IMG/VR virus record: IMGVR_UViG_3300020045_005812
Span: 1-30,057 of that record
Strand: one strand, 5' to 3'
DNA length: 30,057 bases
From: a virus
Taxonomy: Duplodnaviria > Caudoviricetes
The position numbers and the translations under genes are program-made. This document shows, one piece after another, positions 8,316 to 15,862 of the stretch; the stretch's first letter is position 1, and every line of letters starts with the position of its first letter. The notes under the pieces were generated by a model. That model worked only from the letters and a program-made list of their open reading frames with translations. It ran no database searches and was not told where the DNA came from.

Positions 8316-9518
8316 TTAATCCAACCCACTAGTATATATCTGCTCAACAACCGCATAACCTCCAGCATCTAACACACCATCAATTCCAAGTGTTTTATCT
8401 GGCAAGCCTTTCTTATACGGTTGTTGTTCTAATGCATCCGTGAAGTTAGGACATTTTGCCAAATTTACAAATAATTTTCCATCTTCAAACGATTTATTTA
8501 CAGATCTTACACGGTTAAGAATTTCGGGGTTTTTTCTTTTTATGTTTACATTGAAATTCCATTGGTCTTCCATAAGAATGTCATAGTCAGATACACCAGC
8601 AGAACGCCTGTTTTTACATGAAGCATCTGGATTAATTTCTATTTCGTTATCTGGATATCGCTCCCGTATTTGCCTACTCATTTCTTTCGTGTCATAAACG
8701 CCTGTGAACTCATCGACTGCGAACATAGCGCCCGAATCAATCACATACACGACTGCACTCATGTCTTGGACGTTAAAATCCATCCCGATATATAAATTCT
8801 CTCTTGGTAATGCTTCACGTGTTGTATTGTGCTTGTCTCTTTGAAAAGCCTTGTAAACAGTTCCGCTTGTAAGATTACAAAATTCACCGTTAATGTATGC
8901 GGTCAATTCTTCTAATGTGTATTGAGCTGCTAACGTGTCAATATAGTCAGGCGGCAAAAATGGATTGTCGCTAGTTTTTGCTTTAATCAAAAGTTTTTCC
9001 GAAGTCCATTCTTTTACAGCGAAATTATAAAGAAAATTAAAACCCTCTGGAGTACTAACCAAGTCAATTGCATTCTTACCGCCTTTTAAGCAAACTTGCC
9101 TGTTACGGGCTATGATCTTATTGAAAACCTTTTTTGCCTTATCCTTTGGCAGAATGTCAATTTCGTCGATTATACTATAGAATGTTTCGTAACCTACAAT
9201 CGTTTCGGGTTTCGTCATGTTACGAAGTAGGATCTTTCCGTACTTGGTAGTGAAAACCTTTTTACTCTCGTTGTATTTGTACTTTATTTTATGGTCGTCA
9301 AAGAACTGTTGAAACCTAGGGACAGCAATATCGTTTATAAGTGGATAGTTTGGAAGATAATAACCAACATTCAACTTTGGCGAAGTAGTCATTAATTTAA
9401 CGACTGCTTTCGTGACAGCACCTTCAGTTTTACCGGATCCAAAGCCAGCAACTAATATTGTGTGCTTTGCATCTGAAAACAAAAAATCTTCTTGGTGAGC
9501 TAATAAACTAAGCTCCAT
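8316..9518 (-). CDS. terL: Terminase large subunit (400 aa)
   Basis: HQ adenine-binding motif, Walker A AGFGSGKT, Walker B IIDEID, coupling motif STP, DNPFLP..YI, nuclease GMDFN and C-terminal DGVLDA. Confidence 0.93.
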   Translation of the reverse strand: MELSLLAHQEDFLFSDAKHTILVAGFGSGKTEGAVTKAVVKLMTTSPKLNVGYYLPNYPLINDIAVPRFQQFFDDHKIKYKYNESKKVFTTKYGKILLRNMTKPETIVGYETFYSIIDEIDILPKDKAKKVFNKIIARNRQVCLKGGKNAIDLVSTPEGFNFLYNFAVKEWTSEKLLIKAKTSDNPFLPPDYIDTLAAQYTLEELTAYINGEFCNLTSGTVYKAFQRDKHNTTREALPRENLYIGMDFNVQDMSAVVYVIDSGAMFAVDEFTGVYDTKEMSRQIRERYPDNEIEINPDASCKNRRSAGVSDYDILMEDQWNFNVNIKRKNPEILNRVRSVNKSFEDGKLFVNLAKCPNFTDALEQQPYKKGLPDKTLGIDGVLDAGGYAVVEQIYTSGLD

Positions 9519-9981
9519 TCGAAATGCGTATTACTTTGATTTCTTGGATATCGTTTGGCGTTTCTTCCTCAACCGTATAAGCCCCGTCCATTTTGTTCAG
9601 TTCCGCAATAGCTGCTTTTCGGTCATTGTAATTTGGGACTACTTCACGCTCTTGTATCACACCATCACAAACAATATATTTGATAAGCGGAATATTTCCT
9701 AACGCCATTTGAGTGAGTATCTCTTTTCGCTCCAAAATGGTCAGGATTTTGCCTGTAAAATTCTCTCGGAAAGCTTCAATTGATATTTCAGCAATTGAAT
9801 TTTGTATAGTGTTTTGAGTTTCGGCATGTTGCTCTAATGCGGTCTTCCAATAACGGTCAAAAGTTCTGTCAGATATTTGCCAACGTTCGACAATTTTTGG
9901 CAAACAGTCTTTTCTGGTAATGCCGTTTGTTAGCAAAACCAGTATCTCACTGACTATATTCTCTTTTGGATTCTTTGACAT
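9508..9981 (-). CDS. terS: Terminase small subunit (157 aa)
   Basis: Immediately upstream of and overlapping terL; N-terminal HTH-like segment and DRKAAIAELNKMDG motif. Start reassigned to ATG 9981 because of the promoter and terminator positions. Confidence 0.7.
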   Translation of the reverse strand: MSKNPKENIVSEILVLLTNGITRKDCLPKIVERWQISDRTFDRYWKTALEQHAETQNTIQNSIAEISIEAFRENFTGKILTILERKEILTQMALGNIPLIKYIVCDGVIQEREVVPNYNDRKAAIAELNKMDGAYTVEEETPNDIQEIKVIRISNGA

Positions 9982-9988
9982 ACTTTGA

Positions 9989-9996
9989 CAAAGATA
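9989..9996 (-). promoter_or_regulatory. Bacteroidota -7 element TATCTTTG for the terS-terL-tail operon
   Basis: Exact TAnnTTTG 7 nt before ATG 9981, implying a near-leaderless mRNA; lies right after a terminator. Confidence 0.65.
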
Positions 9997-10023
9997 AAAA
10001 AAAACCTCCACATTGGGAGGTTT
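9996..10023 (-). terminator. Rho-independent terminator
   Basis: AAACCTCC/GGAGGTTT stem followed by a T9 run on the minus strand, after ORF 10030..10248. Confidence 0.8.
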
Positions 10024-10029
10024 AATTAT

Positions 10030-10248
10030 TTATTGTTTATTTTGAAGTTCTTTTATAAGTTTATCCTGAATCTCTAGTAGCTCTTTATTTCTCTTGATTT
10101 TTACTTTCATGGCGCTATACATGACGTTCATGATTTCGTTTTCCTCTTGTAGTTCGTTATTTCTTTCTTCTTCAAATCGAAGTATTACTTTATACCAAAT
10201 ACACGCTATCAGAAGAAAAACACAGGTTATTAATAAAAATTCGTTCAT
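10030..10248 (-). CDS. Small membrane-anchored coiled-coil protein (72 aa)
   Basis: N-terminal hydrophobic helix, then a charged coiled coil; ATGA overlap with the upstream ORF. Confidence 0.7.
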   Translation of the reverse strand: MNEFLLITCVFLLIACIWYKVILRFEEERNNELQEENEIMNVMYSAMKVKIKRNKELLEIQDKLIKELQNKQ

Positions 10249-10457
10249 AATGAATTGATTGCGGTTACTGTTTGTTTTAATTCTTCTTCTAACGCTATTC
10301 TGCGTAATTCTAACACTTCTCTGCCTCTTGCTTTGGCAGTGTGAATAATTATCGCAATCTCTGCGTTTTCAAATCCTGAGACTAATATCTCGTTTACTAT
10401 CGATTGAGCTTTATCTTCTATGATTTCAGCTCTGCTTTTCTTTTTCCAAAATTTCAT
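10245..10457 (-). CDS. Hypothetical protein (70 aa)
   Basis: ATGA-coupled on both sides. Confidence 0.75.
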   Translation of the reverse strand: MKFWKKKSRAEIIEDKAQSIVNEILVSGFENAEIAIIIHTAKARGREVLELRRIALEEELKQTVTAINSL

Positions 10458-10567
10458 GATTTGTTTTTTTTTAATTCAGTTAATAAGGCAATTACAGGTA
10501 GTATCATTATCCATACAAAAAATGTTGTCCATGGATATTCATTTATAATTTCGAAAAATTCTCTCAT
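10454..10567 (-). CDS. Small single-TM protein (37 aa); absent from ORF track
   Basis: MREFFEIINEYPWTTFFVWIMILPVIALLTELKKNKS; ATGA overlaps at both ends. Confidence 0.7.
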   Translation of the reverse strand: MREFFEIINEYPWTTFFVWIMILPVIALLTELKKNKS

Positions 10568-12300
10568 AATTTCCAAGTTTTTATCAATTCAGTGATTGCA
10601 ACAGATTTTTGTATAGTATTGTCTGGATTAACCAATATATCATTTATAGAATCAGCAGCGTCTTGCAAAGCTTGTGCATAATACTCACGGCATTCGATAT
10701 ATTGTTTTTCTTCCAATACTGATACATGAGCTAAATCTAGCTCGTTTAAGAGCTTATTATCTGGATGAGGTAAACTATACCCAGAATGTTCTTTTACGCT
10801 TGCAAAAACATTGTCAGTATCTTCAGTGTCTAGTTTAGTTATAGAATTATAAACTTGTTCCTGTATTGAATAATTACCTGATGGATCTGGTGTTTTTATT
10901 TCTGAAACTGTAGCGAACGGATTATTTACCGGAACATTTACAGTTATCGCTCCTTCTCCTGCTGGCTCGCTAGGCATTAGTTTTAATAACATTGCTTTTA
11001 ATTCTGCTATCTGCTTTTCTTGTTCTGCAATTTTAGAATCCTGTTCAATCTTCACTGATTCCAAAGCGATAATAATAGCTTTTCCTTGAGTAACCAAGGC
11101 GGTAAAATCTGCATCTGTTTTCTCTTCAATATCTTTTTGAGTGATAACCAAAGAGCCAGCTCTGTAATCGTCAAATTCGCTGTTGTAAGTGAATGGAACT
11201 GCAAATAATTCTTTTACCCTGTTTTGCGCTTGAAGCAATAAACGATTATCCCAATCTTCTATTAGCTTTTTTTGCTTATCATAAGGCTCTCTAGTGAGTT
11301 TTGCAATTGGAACCAGTGCGGTTTTCAACATAGTCTTAAAAGTATTTAAATACTTCGTAGCTGTTGCCTCTACTCCTTTCGACCCATCAATTGCAGTACT
11401 GGCAGATAATAATATAGCAGCCACTTTTTTGGCCTCTGCATACGTTTTTTTATCTTTGATGATTACAACAGGATTTGCTTTTACAATTTCTTCTTGAGCA
11501 ATACGAAGTCCTTGTAACTCGGTAATTTTCTCAGGTGTTAGTTTTTCAAAAATTTGCAATGAAACACTATCGCTTGGTACTTGTACTTGTACTTGTACTT
11601 GTACTGTATCTACAATTATAGCCTGCTGAGGCTGATCTGTATTTACTACCTCTTCATATTTAGGCTTTATGTAATCATCGATGCTGATACCGTCACGAGT
11701 AAAATAAGCTAAATCATCTTTCAACACGTCAACACTACCTTTCTTTCCTTTTGAAATATTATAGTCGTTTAGTTTAGCTATATCTACGTAATTGAATAAC
11801 GGGAACTTATCTTGTAAATACAAAAAGTCCGCATGTCCTAAACCGTAATTTACATTGTTCTCTTCTATAACTCCAAGATCTGACAATGTAAGTTTGTTGG
11901 TCTCTATATGATTTTGAAAACTTGGTAGGTGTGAGGAATCTAAACCCAAATCGACTACTTCTATTTCGTGCCACTTCCCACCATGCGCTACGAGTATAAT
12001 AGATTGGTTTTTAATACCAGATTTTAGAAGGTTAGCTACTTCTACTTGTTCCGTGCCAAATTGCACTAAGATTGATTCTGAAGCCTCAAAGGCTTTTGGT
12101 TTTGATAATTTGTTCATTTGTGATAAGTGTTTATTGATTAATTCCCATTTTGCAAGCCCAGTTTCTAAATCTATCATGTCTTCGAAAACTAAATCAGTTA
12201 CAGCGTGTCCGCATTTAAAATATGCAGTTCCTTTTTCTGAAATATAATTCAGTTCAAAAATACGATCATTATTAGGTTCTGGGTATTTGTATTTTTTCAT
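10564..12300 (-). CDS. Large hypothetical coiled-coil protein (578 aa; possible internal start at 12117)
   Basis: Long ORF with a central helical region loosely reminiscent of DUF1351/Gam-like coiled coils, and a VQ repeat linker. Confidence 0.75.
   Translation of the reverse strand: MKKYKYPEPNNDRIFELNYISEKGTAYFKCGHAVTDLVFEDMIDLETGLAKWELINKHLSQMNKLSKPKAFEASESILVQFGTEQVEVANLLKSGIKNQSIILVAHGGKWHEIEVVDLGLDSSHLPSFQNHIETNKLTLSDLGVIEENNVNYGLGHADFLYLQDKFPLFNYVDIAKLNDYNISKGKKGSVDVLKDDLAYFTRDGISIDDYIKPKYEEVVNTDQPQQAIIVDTVQVQVQVQVPSDSVSLQIFEKLTPEKITELQGLRIAQEEIVKANPVVIIKDKKTYAEAKKVAAILLSASTAIDGSKGVEATATKYLNTFKTMLKTALVPIAKLTREPYDKQKKLIEDWDNRLLLQAQNRVKELFAVPFTYNSEFDDYRAGSLVITQKDIEEKTDADFTALVTQGKAIIIALESVKIEQDSKIAEQEKQIAELKAMLLKLMPSEPAGEGAITVNVPVNNPFATVSEIKTPDPSGNYSIQEQVYNSITKLDTEDTDNVFASVKEHSGYSLPHPDNKLLNELDLAHVSVLEEKQYIECREYYAQALQDAADSINDILVNPDNTIQKSVAITELIKTWKL
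11577..11605. repeat. Hexanucleotide tandem repeat (GTACTT)x4.8 encoding VQVQVQVQV
   Basis: Directly visible; in-frame unit. Confidence 0.9.
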
Positions 12301-12301
12301 A

Positions 12302-12334
12302 CGCAAATATAATACTTATTTTTACGTATGCAAA
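12302..12334 (-). promoter_or_regulatory. Consensus Bacteroidota promoter; contains 27-bp repeat copy 1
   Basis: TTTG - 19 nt - TATATTTG; 12302-12328 is identical to 20266-20292. Confidence 0.85.
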
Positions 12335-12638
12335 TTTATTTTACAGTTATTTACAATTATTTTTACAATTTATTTTACACTTCTTACCCTGTTAAGTACT
12401 GTATATATTATATATTATACATAATTATACATAAATAATAATATAAATAAATAAATAAATAAATAATATATTAAGAGGGGTCTCTAGTGTAAAATATATA
12501 TAAAGGGGTGTGTCAAAGTGTATAAGTGTAAAAAAAATCACGTAACTAATTGAAATTATTATAGTTACGTGATTTTTTAGTGTATAATACAAATGTATAA
12601 TATTTATTTAATGTGTTGATTATGAATTATTTATAAAA
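12335..12638. other. Probable replication origin
   Basis: ~300-bp non-coding, extremely AT-rich gap after the DUF3987 gene. Contains TTTACA repeats facing GTGTA repeats, an (AAAT)n tract and a 17-bp perfect inverted repeat (12532-12548/12562-12578). Confidence 0.55.
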
Positions 12639-13934
12639 TTATACACTTTTCTTCCAATTATAAAGAGTTGCTCTAGTTACGTCCAAGGCTTCGGCAATTT
12701 TACTGTAATTTACTTCTTCTCCAGATTGCAAGATCTTAATAAATGTTTCCTTTGCCGTTTTTCCCTTGTTTGTAGAAATAATATCGACAATCGAACGAGT
12801 CTGTAATGATGATACTTTTACCTTTTGCGCCTGTTTTATAAAATACTCACTCAATTTAAAAGCTTTTAAGACAGTTTTTTTGTTAATCAGTTCTGGTATT
12901 ACCGTAAGTTCAAAATTATTCATTACATGTATTAATAAACAGAATCTAGGTATATACGACTTCTGTTTTGGTAACATCGATTTCATATATTCGTTCTCTT
13001 CATCGGAATTTTGCATTACACTTATTTTATTGTAAACATTTTCCCATTCTTTTTTCGCTTCTCCATCGAAACGAAAAACATTTGATATGATTTCTTCGTC
13101 TGCACTTTTTCGAATATCCATTTTTATAGCCTGGTGAATTTTTTTAACCCAATCATCATAATATTGAATAGCAGTATAATCCATTTCTTTATTGTTGTAC
13201 ATTTCTATCTTGATTTCTGGGCAGCAAAGAAGAATCCTATCAAGAAAACCGTTGCTTTTGTTTTCTTCAGTAGAAAAGCTTTCAAGTATAGCAGGTTGTA
13301 CACCTCCAAGAATTGGAACGAATGGGCGAGCTAAATAAGAATCTCCACTTTTTCGATTCATGCTTACGGCTTTTCCACTCCAAGTGGATAACCAAAAAGG
13401 AAGATCCGAACCATTACTGTAACGGCTCATATTTTTTACCCATCCGTCAAGCTCTTCACGAAACATCGCTACACTGTTTTGATTTTTTGAGTGCAGACTT
13501 ACCAAGGCTTCAATAGTAATATCGTTCACAATAAATTGCTCTGGTTTCGGTTCGTTTTCTTCGTCTCCGTTTACTTCTTCCCATTCTTTATGCTTTCGTG
13601 GGTATTGTGTAATAAGATCGGAATTTATGCGCTCAAATGGACGTGTTGCCATTGCTATACTAGGGGTTTTTCCAACTCCAGCAGATCCGACACAAGCAAC
13701 CCAGATATTAGCATATTCTTTCCAACCAGCCTTTACCTCTATAACGCAAGAGTTTCCAACAAGCGAAGAAATTCCCCAGAGTGCAGAACAACACATATAA
13801 TCGATATTACTGTCCAGCGTGCTGTTTGCTTCTAGGAAATACTTTTGAATTGGTAGAGGGAAGATTGAAATAGGAAAATCAGTGGTTTGTGTTTTCTCTT
13901 CTTGAATCGGGGTTAGTTTTGGTAAATTAATCAT
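12639..13934 (-). CDS. DUF3987/YfjI-family P-loop replication protein with C-terminal HTH (431 aa)
   Basis: FPISIFP N-terminus, Walker A GSAGVGKTP, DITIEAL, REELDGW, GGVQP, NGFLDRIL; C-terminal YSKIAEALDVTRATLYNW HTH. Confidence 0.85.
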   Translation of the reverse strand: MINLPKLTPIQEEKTQTTDFPISIFPLPIQKYFLEANSTLDSNIDYMCCSALWGISSLVGNSCVIEVKAGWKEYANIWVACVGSAGVGKTPSIAMATRPFERINSDLITQYPRKHKEWEEVNGDEENEPKPEQFIVNDITIEALVSLHSKNQNSVAMFREELDGWVKNMSRYSNGSDLPFWLSTWSGKAVSMNRKSGDSYLARPFVPILGGVQPAILESFSTEENKSNGFLDRILLCCPEIKIEMYNNKEMDYTAIQYYDDWVKKIHQAIKMDIRKSADEEIISNVFRFDGEAKKEWENVYNKISVMQNSDEENEYMKSMLPKQKSYIPRFCLLIHVMNNFELTVIPELINKKTVLKAFKLSEYFIKQAQKVKVSSLQTRSIVDIISTNKGKTAKETFIKILQSGEEVNYSKIAEALDVTRATLYNWKKSV

Positions 13935-14322
13935 AATGAGAAAATTTGTTTATAGCTTCCGAAATTTGGTTGCTTATGCTTTCGTCTACTTTTTCTTGAG
14001 ACCATTTTTTAATACTTCCGTTGCTATTATATTCTTTTAGATTAATGGTTTCTTTTAGCCAATAAGCGTGATTTGCAACTGGTTCGGAAAGTTGTTTGTG
14101 GATTTCTTTCTGAGCAAACATAATATCGTTATAGTGTTGTATAGCGTGATTGAATGACATTATGTATAGTTTTGAAAAGAGTTTATGATTTTCAAGATGT
14201 GATTTTTTTTGGTTGTTTATCCACTCGACAATATCATTTATCGCTTGCACTTGTTCGGGCGTGGTTTCTGGATTGTTTTTCACTAGGTTATAAATTTCTA
14301 GCAATGCTATATCGATAGTCAT
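13927..14322 (-). CDS. Hypothetical protein (131 aa)
   Basis: Start reassigned to ATG 14322 (A-rich leader after the upstream stop); overlaps the DUF3987 start. Confidence 0.7.
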   Translation of the reverse strand: MTIDIALLEIYNLVKNNPETTPEQVQAINDIVEWINNQKKSHLENHKLFSKLYIMSFNHAIQHYNDIMFAQKEIHKQLSEPVANHAYWLKETINLKEYNSNGSIKKWSQEKVDESISNQISEAINKFSHYD

Positions 14323-14335
14323 AGTTTTTATTTTT

Positions 14336-14494
14336 TTAACAGTGTATACCTGTGAATTTAGAGACACAAGCATTTAGATATTTTTCATCTGGATAGCATT
14401 TTTTATATATAGTTTTGGCTTGATTTTTAGATTTAGCAAAGACAATGGATCCGTAATTTTCAGACCACACTAATATTTTTCTATCCGTTTTCAT
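14336..14494 (-). CDS. Hypothetical protein (52 aa); absent from ORF track
   Basis: MKTDRKILVWSENYGSIVFAKSKNQAKTIYKKCYPDEKYLNACVSKFTGIHC; ATGA-coupled to the upstream HTH gene. Confidence 0.65.
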   Translation of the reverse strand: MKTDRKILVWSENYGSIVFAKSKNQAKTIYKKCYPDEKYLNACVSKFTGIHC

Positions 14495-14661
14495 AATTTC
14501 CAGTTTTCAATTACGTAAATTTCAGCCGTTTTCCAGCTTTTACTATCTCTCAATCTTTTGTACAGGGTATTCTTTGAAATACCAATCTTCTTACAGACTT
14601 CTTCGTCTGTCATACAGAAGCGCATTTGCTCTACTTTTCTTGTGCAATCGTGGTTTGTCAT
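14491..14661 (-). CDS. Small HTH DNA-binding protein (56 aa); absent from ORF track
   Basis: MTNHDCTRKVEQMRFCMTDEEVCKKIGISKNTLYKRLRDSKSWKTAEIYVIENWKL; TDEEVCKKIGISKNTLYKRL is a classic HTH. Confidence 0.8.
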   Translation of the reverse strand: MTNHDCTRKVEQMRFCMTDEEVCKKIGISKNTLYKRLRDSKSWKTAEIYVIENWKL

Positions 14662-14669
14662 GATATAAT

Positions 14670-14835
14670 TTATAGGTTAAAAACGTGGTCTAATTTGATT
14701 TGGTCGTACCATTGTAATTCTGAAATGTCAATTGTTTTTGATTCCATTCTAATTATAGGTTTTAATTTAGTCACCAAAGTCGTTAATGTTATATTCATTT
14801 TTAGTGATATTATGGTAATAAATTATTTGTCCCAT
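14670..14835 (-). pseudogene. Possible frameshifted small gene (22-aa ORF 14767..14835 plus overlapping 42-aa ORF 14670..14798)
   Basis: Strong A-rich start at 14835 stops after 22 codons; the +1 frame continues to fill the gap to the next gene. Confidence 0.35.
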
Positions 14836-14876
14836 TTTGTTTGTTTTATAAGTTAATTTTCTTTAATAATCCGTCC

Positions 14877-14972
14877 AGCTACTAACATATGATACAAGCT
14901 ATTTGCAGACGATACTCTTTCACAACACGTTCAGTATTGGCAAACATCTTGTATCATCGTCCGTTAGTAGCT
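14877..14972 (-). mobile_element. attC-like palindromic element B
   Basis: AGCTACTAAC-6nt-TGATACAAG-AT-GTTTGC...GCAAAT-AG-CTTGTATCA-3nt-GTTAGTAGCT; begins 1 nt after the stop of ORF 14974..15291. Confidence 0.65.
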
Positions 14973-14973
14973 A

Positions 14974-15291
14974 CTAGACCGTAACTACTAAAAATTCAGA
15001 ATCGAAAAAATCTTCATCTACTATAATTTTTCTATCTCCGTATTTATCAGGAGCAGAAACGATACAGTTTTTTTCTAAACAATCAAGAACTTTATAAGCC
15101 CAATTGTATCCTTTTTTAAATTCAACTTGCAGTTTTGCGCCTCGTACAATTTCTTTCCCTTTTAATGATAGAATTACATTTATTAATTCCTCATCATTTA
15201 CAGGACCAATAGTAGTACCTAAACTAGCATCTACTAACACGTGATTGTGGCTATTGCCAGATTGATCTTTAATTTGATTATTGTTTTGCAT
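14974..15291 (-). CDS. Stand-alone FtsK gamma-like winged-helix protein (105 aa)
   Basis: GAKLQVEFKKGYNWAYKVLDCLEKNCIVSAPDKYGDRKII aligns by eye with the FtsK-gamma pattern LQR.LRIGYNRAAR..E.LE..GIVS.....G.REVL. Confidence 0.75.
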   Translation of the reverse strand: MQNNNQIKDQSGNSHNHVLVDASLGTTIGPVNDEELINVILSLKGKEIVRGAKLQVEFKKGYNWAYKVLDCLEKNCIVSAPDKYGDRKIIVDEDFFDSEFLVVTV

Positions 15292-15362
15292 CTTAAAAAT
15301 TTGTGTTTAATTTAATTAATTGGATTATTTATTGGCAACATCCACAATCACCCAACGTTAGT
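15233..15362 (-). mobile_element. attC-like palindromic element A (loop contains the start codon of the 105-aa ORF)
   Basis: ACTAAC-5nt-GTGATTGTGG-AT-GTTGCCA-[73-nt A-rich loop]-TGGCAAT-AG-CCACAATCAC-2nt-GTTAGT. Confidence 0.65.
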
Positions 15363-15386
15363 TCATTTTTTGCACCAAAATAGTGC

Positions 15387-15416
15387 AAAAGAAAAACCGC
15401 CACTTTCGCAACGGTT
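15387..15416 (-). terminator. Rho-independent terminator
   Basis: AACCGTTGC-GAAA-GTGGCGGTT (G-U pairs form only on the minus strand) followed by TTTCTTTT, after the VRR-NUC gene. Confidence 0.7.
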
Positions 15417-15427
15417 CAACAAATATA

Positions 15428-15853
15428 CTATTCTTTTCCTAATAACCAAGGAATATGAGGATTAATTTTTGTCCAAAATTCATCTACTGATCTTGGCATA
15501 ATATAAACACCTCCGTTTTTCTCTGTTCTTTGCTGCTGTCTTATTTGTGCATCTCGTTGTTTTCCAGCAGCTTCTTTGAATTCTACCCACACGCAACGGC
15601 CTAACACACCGTGTATAAGACAATCAGAAACACCTGAAACCAAACCTAACGATTTTTGTATATCAATGAAATTTGCAATCAATGAACGTATTTTTTCGTG
15701 GTATGCTTTTGGTATCGTGTCAGGAATAGAAATTCCTACGCCATTAATTACTGAGTGCATAAGCAATTGAGGATCGTTGTTTATTGTACAGTACTTCTGA
15801 GTGAACTGGATAAAGCACTGGTTTTGTACGTAGCGTTCGTCTTGTTTTTTCAT
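15428..15853 (-). CDS. VRR-NUC domain nuclease (141 aa)
   Basis: E..VQ N-terminus; GLVSGVSDCLI...VWVEFK...GKQ...Q is the PD-(D/E)xK VRR-NUC pattern. Confidence 0.8.
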   Translation of the reverse strand: MKKQDERYVQNQCFIQFTQKYCTINNDPQLLMHSVINGVGISIPDTIPKAYHEKIRSLIANFIDIQKSLGLVSGVSDCLIHGVLGRCVWVEFKEAAGKQRDAQIRQQQRTEKNGGVYIMPRSVDEFWTKINPHIPWLLGKE

Positions 15854-15862
15854 AATTTATAT

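Noticed and set aside
12043-12059. Second TTGGCACG (also 21218-21225)
   Set aside because: Inside coding sequence and lacking the -12 TTG element.
12340-12470. Short repeats as a possible CRISPR array
   Set aside because: Units are 4-10 nt with no unique spacers and no cas genes.
14877-14972. Element B as a simple terminator
   Set aside because: 96-nt interrupted stem with no U-tract, and it shares geometry with element A, which overlaps a start codon.
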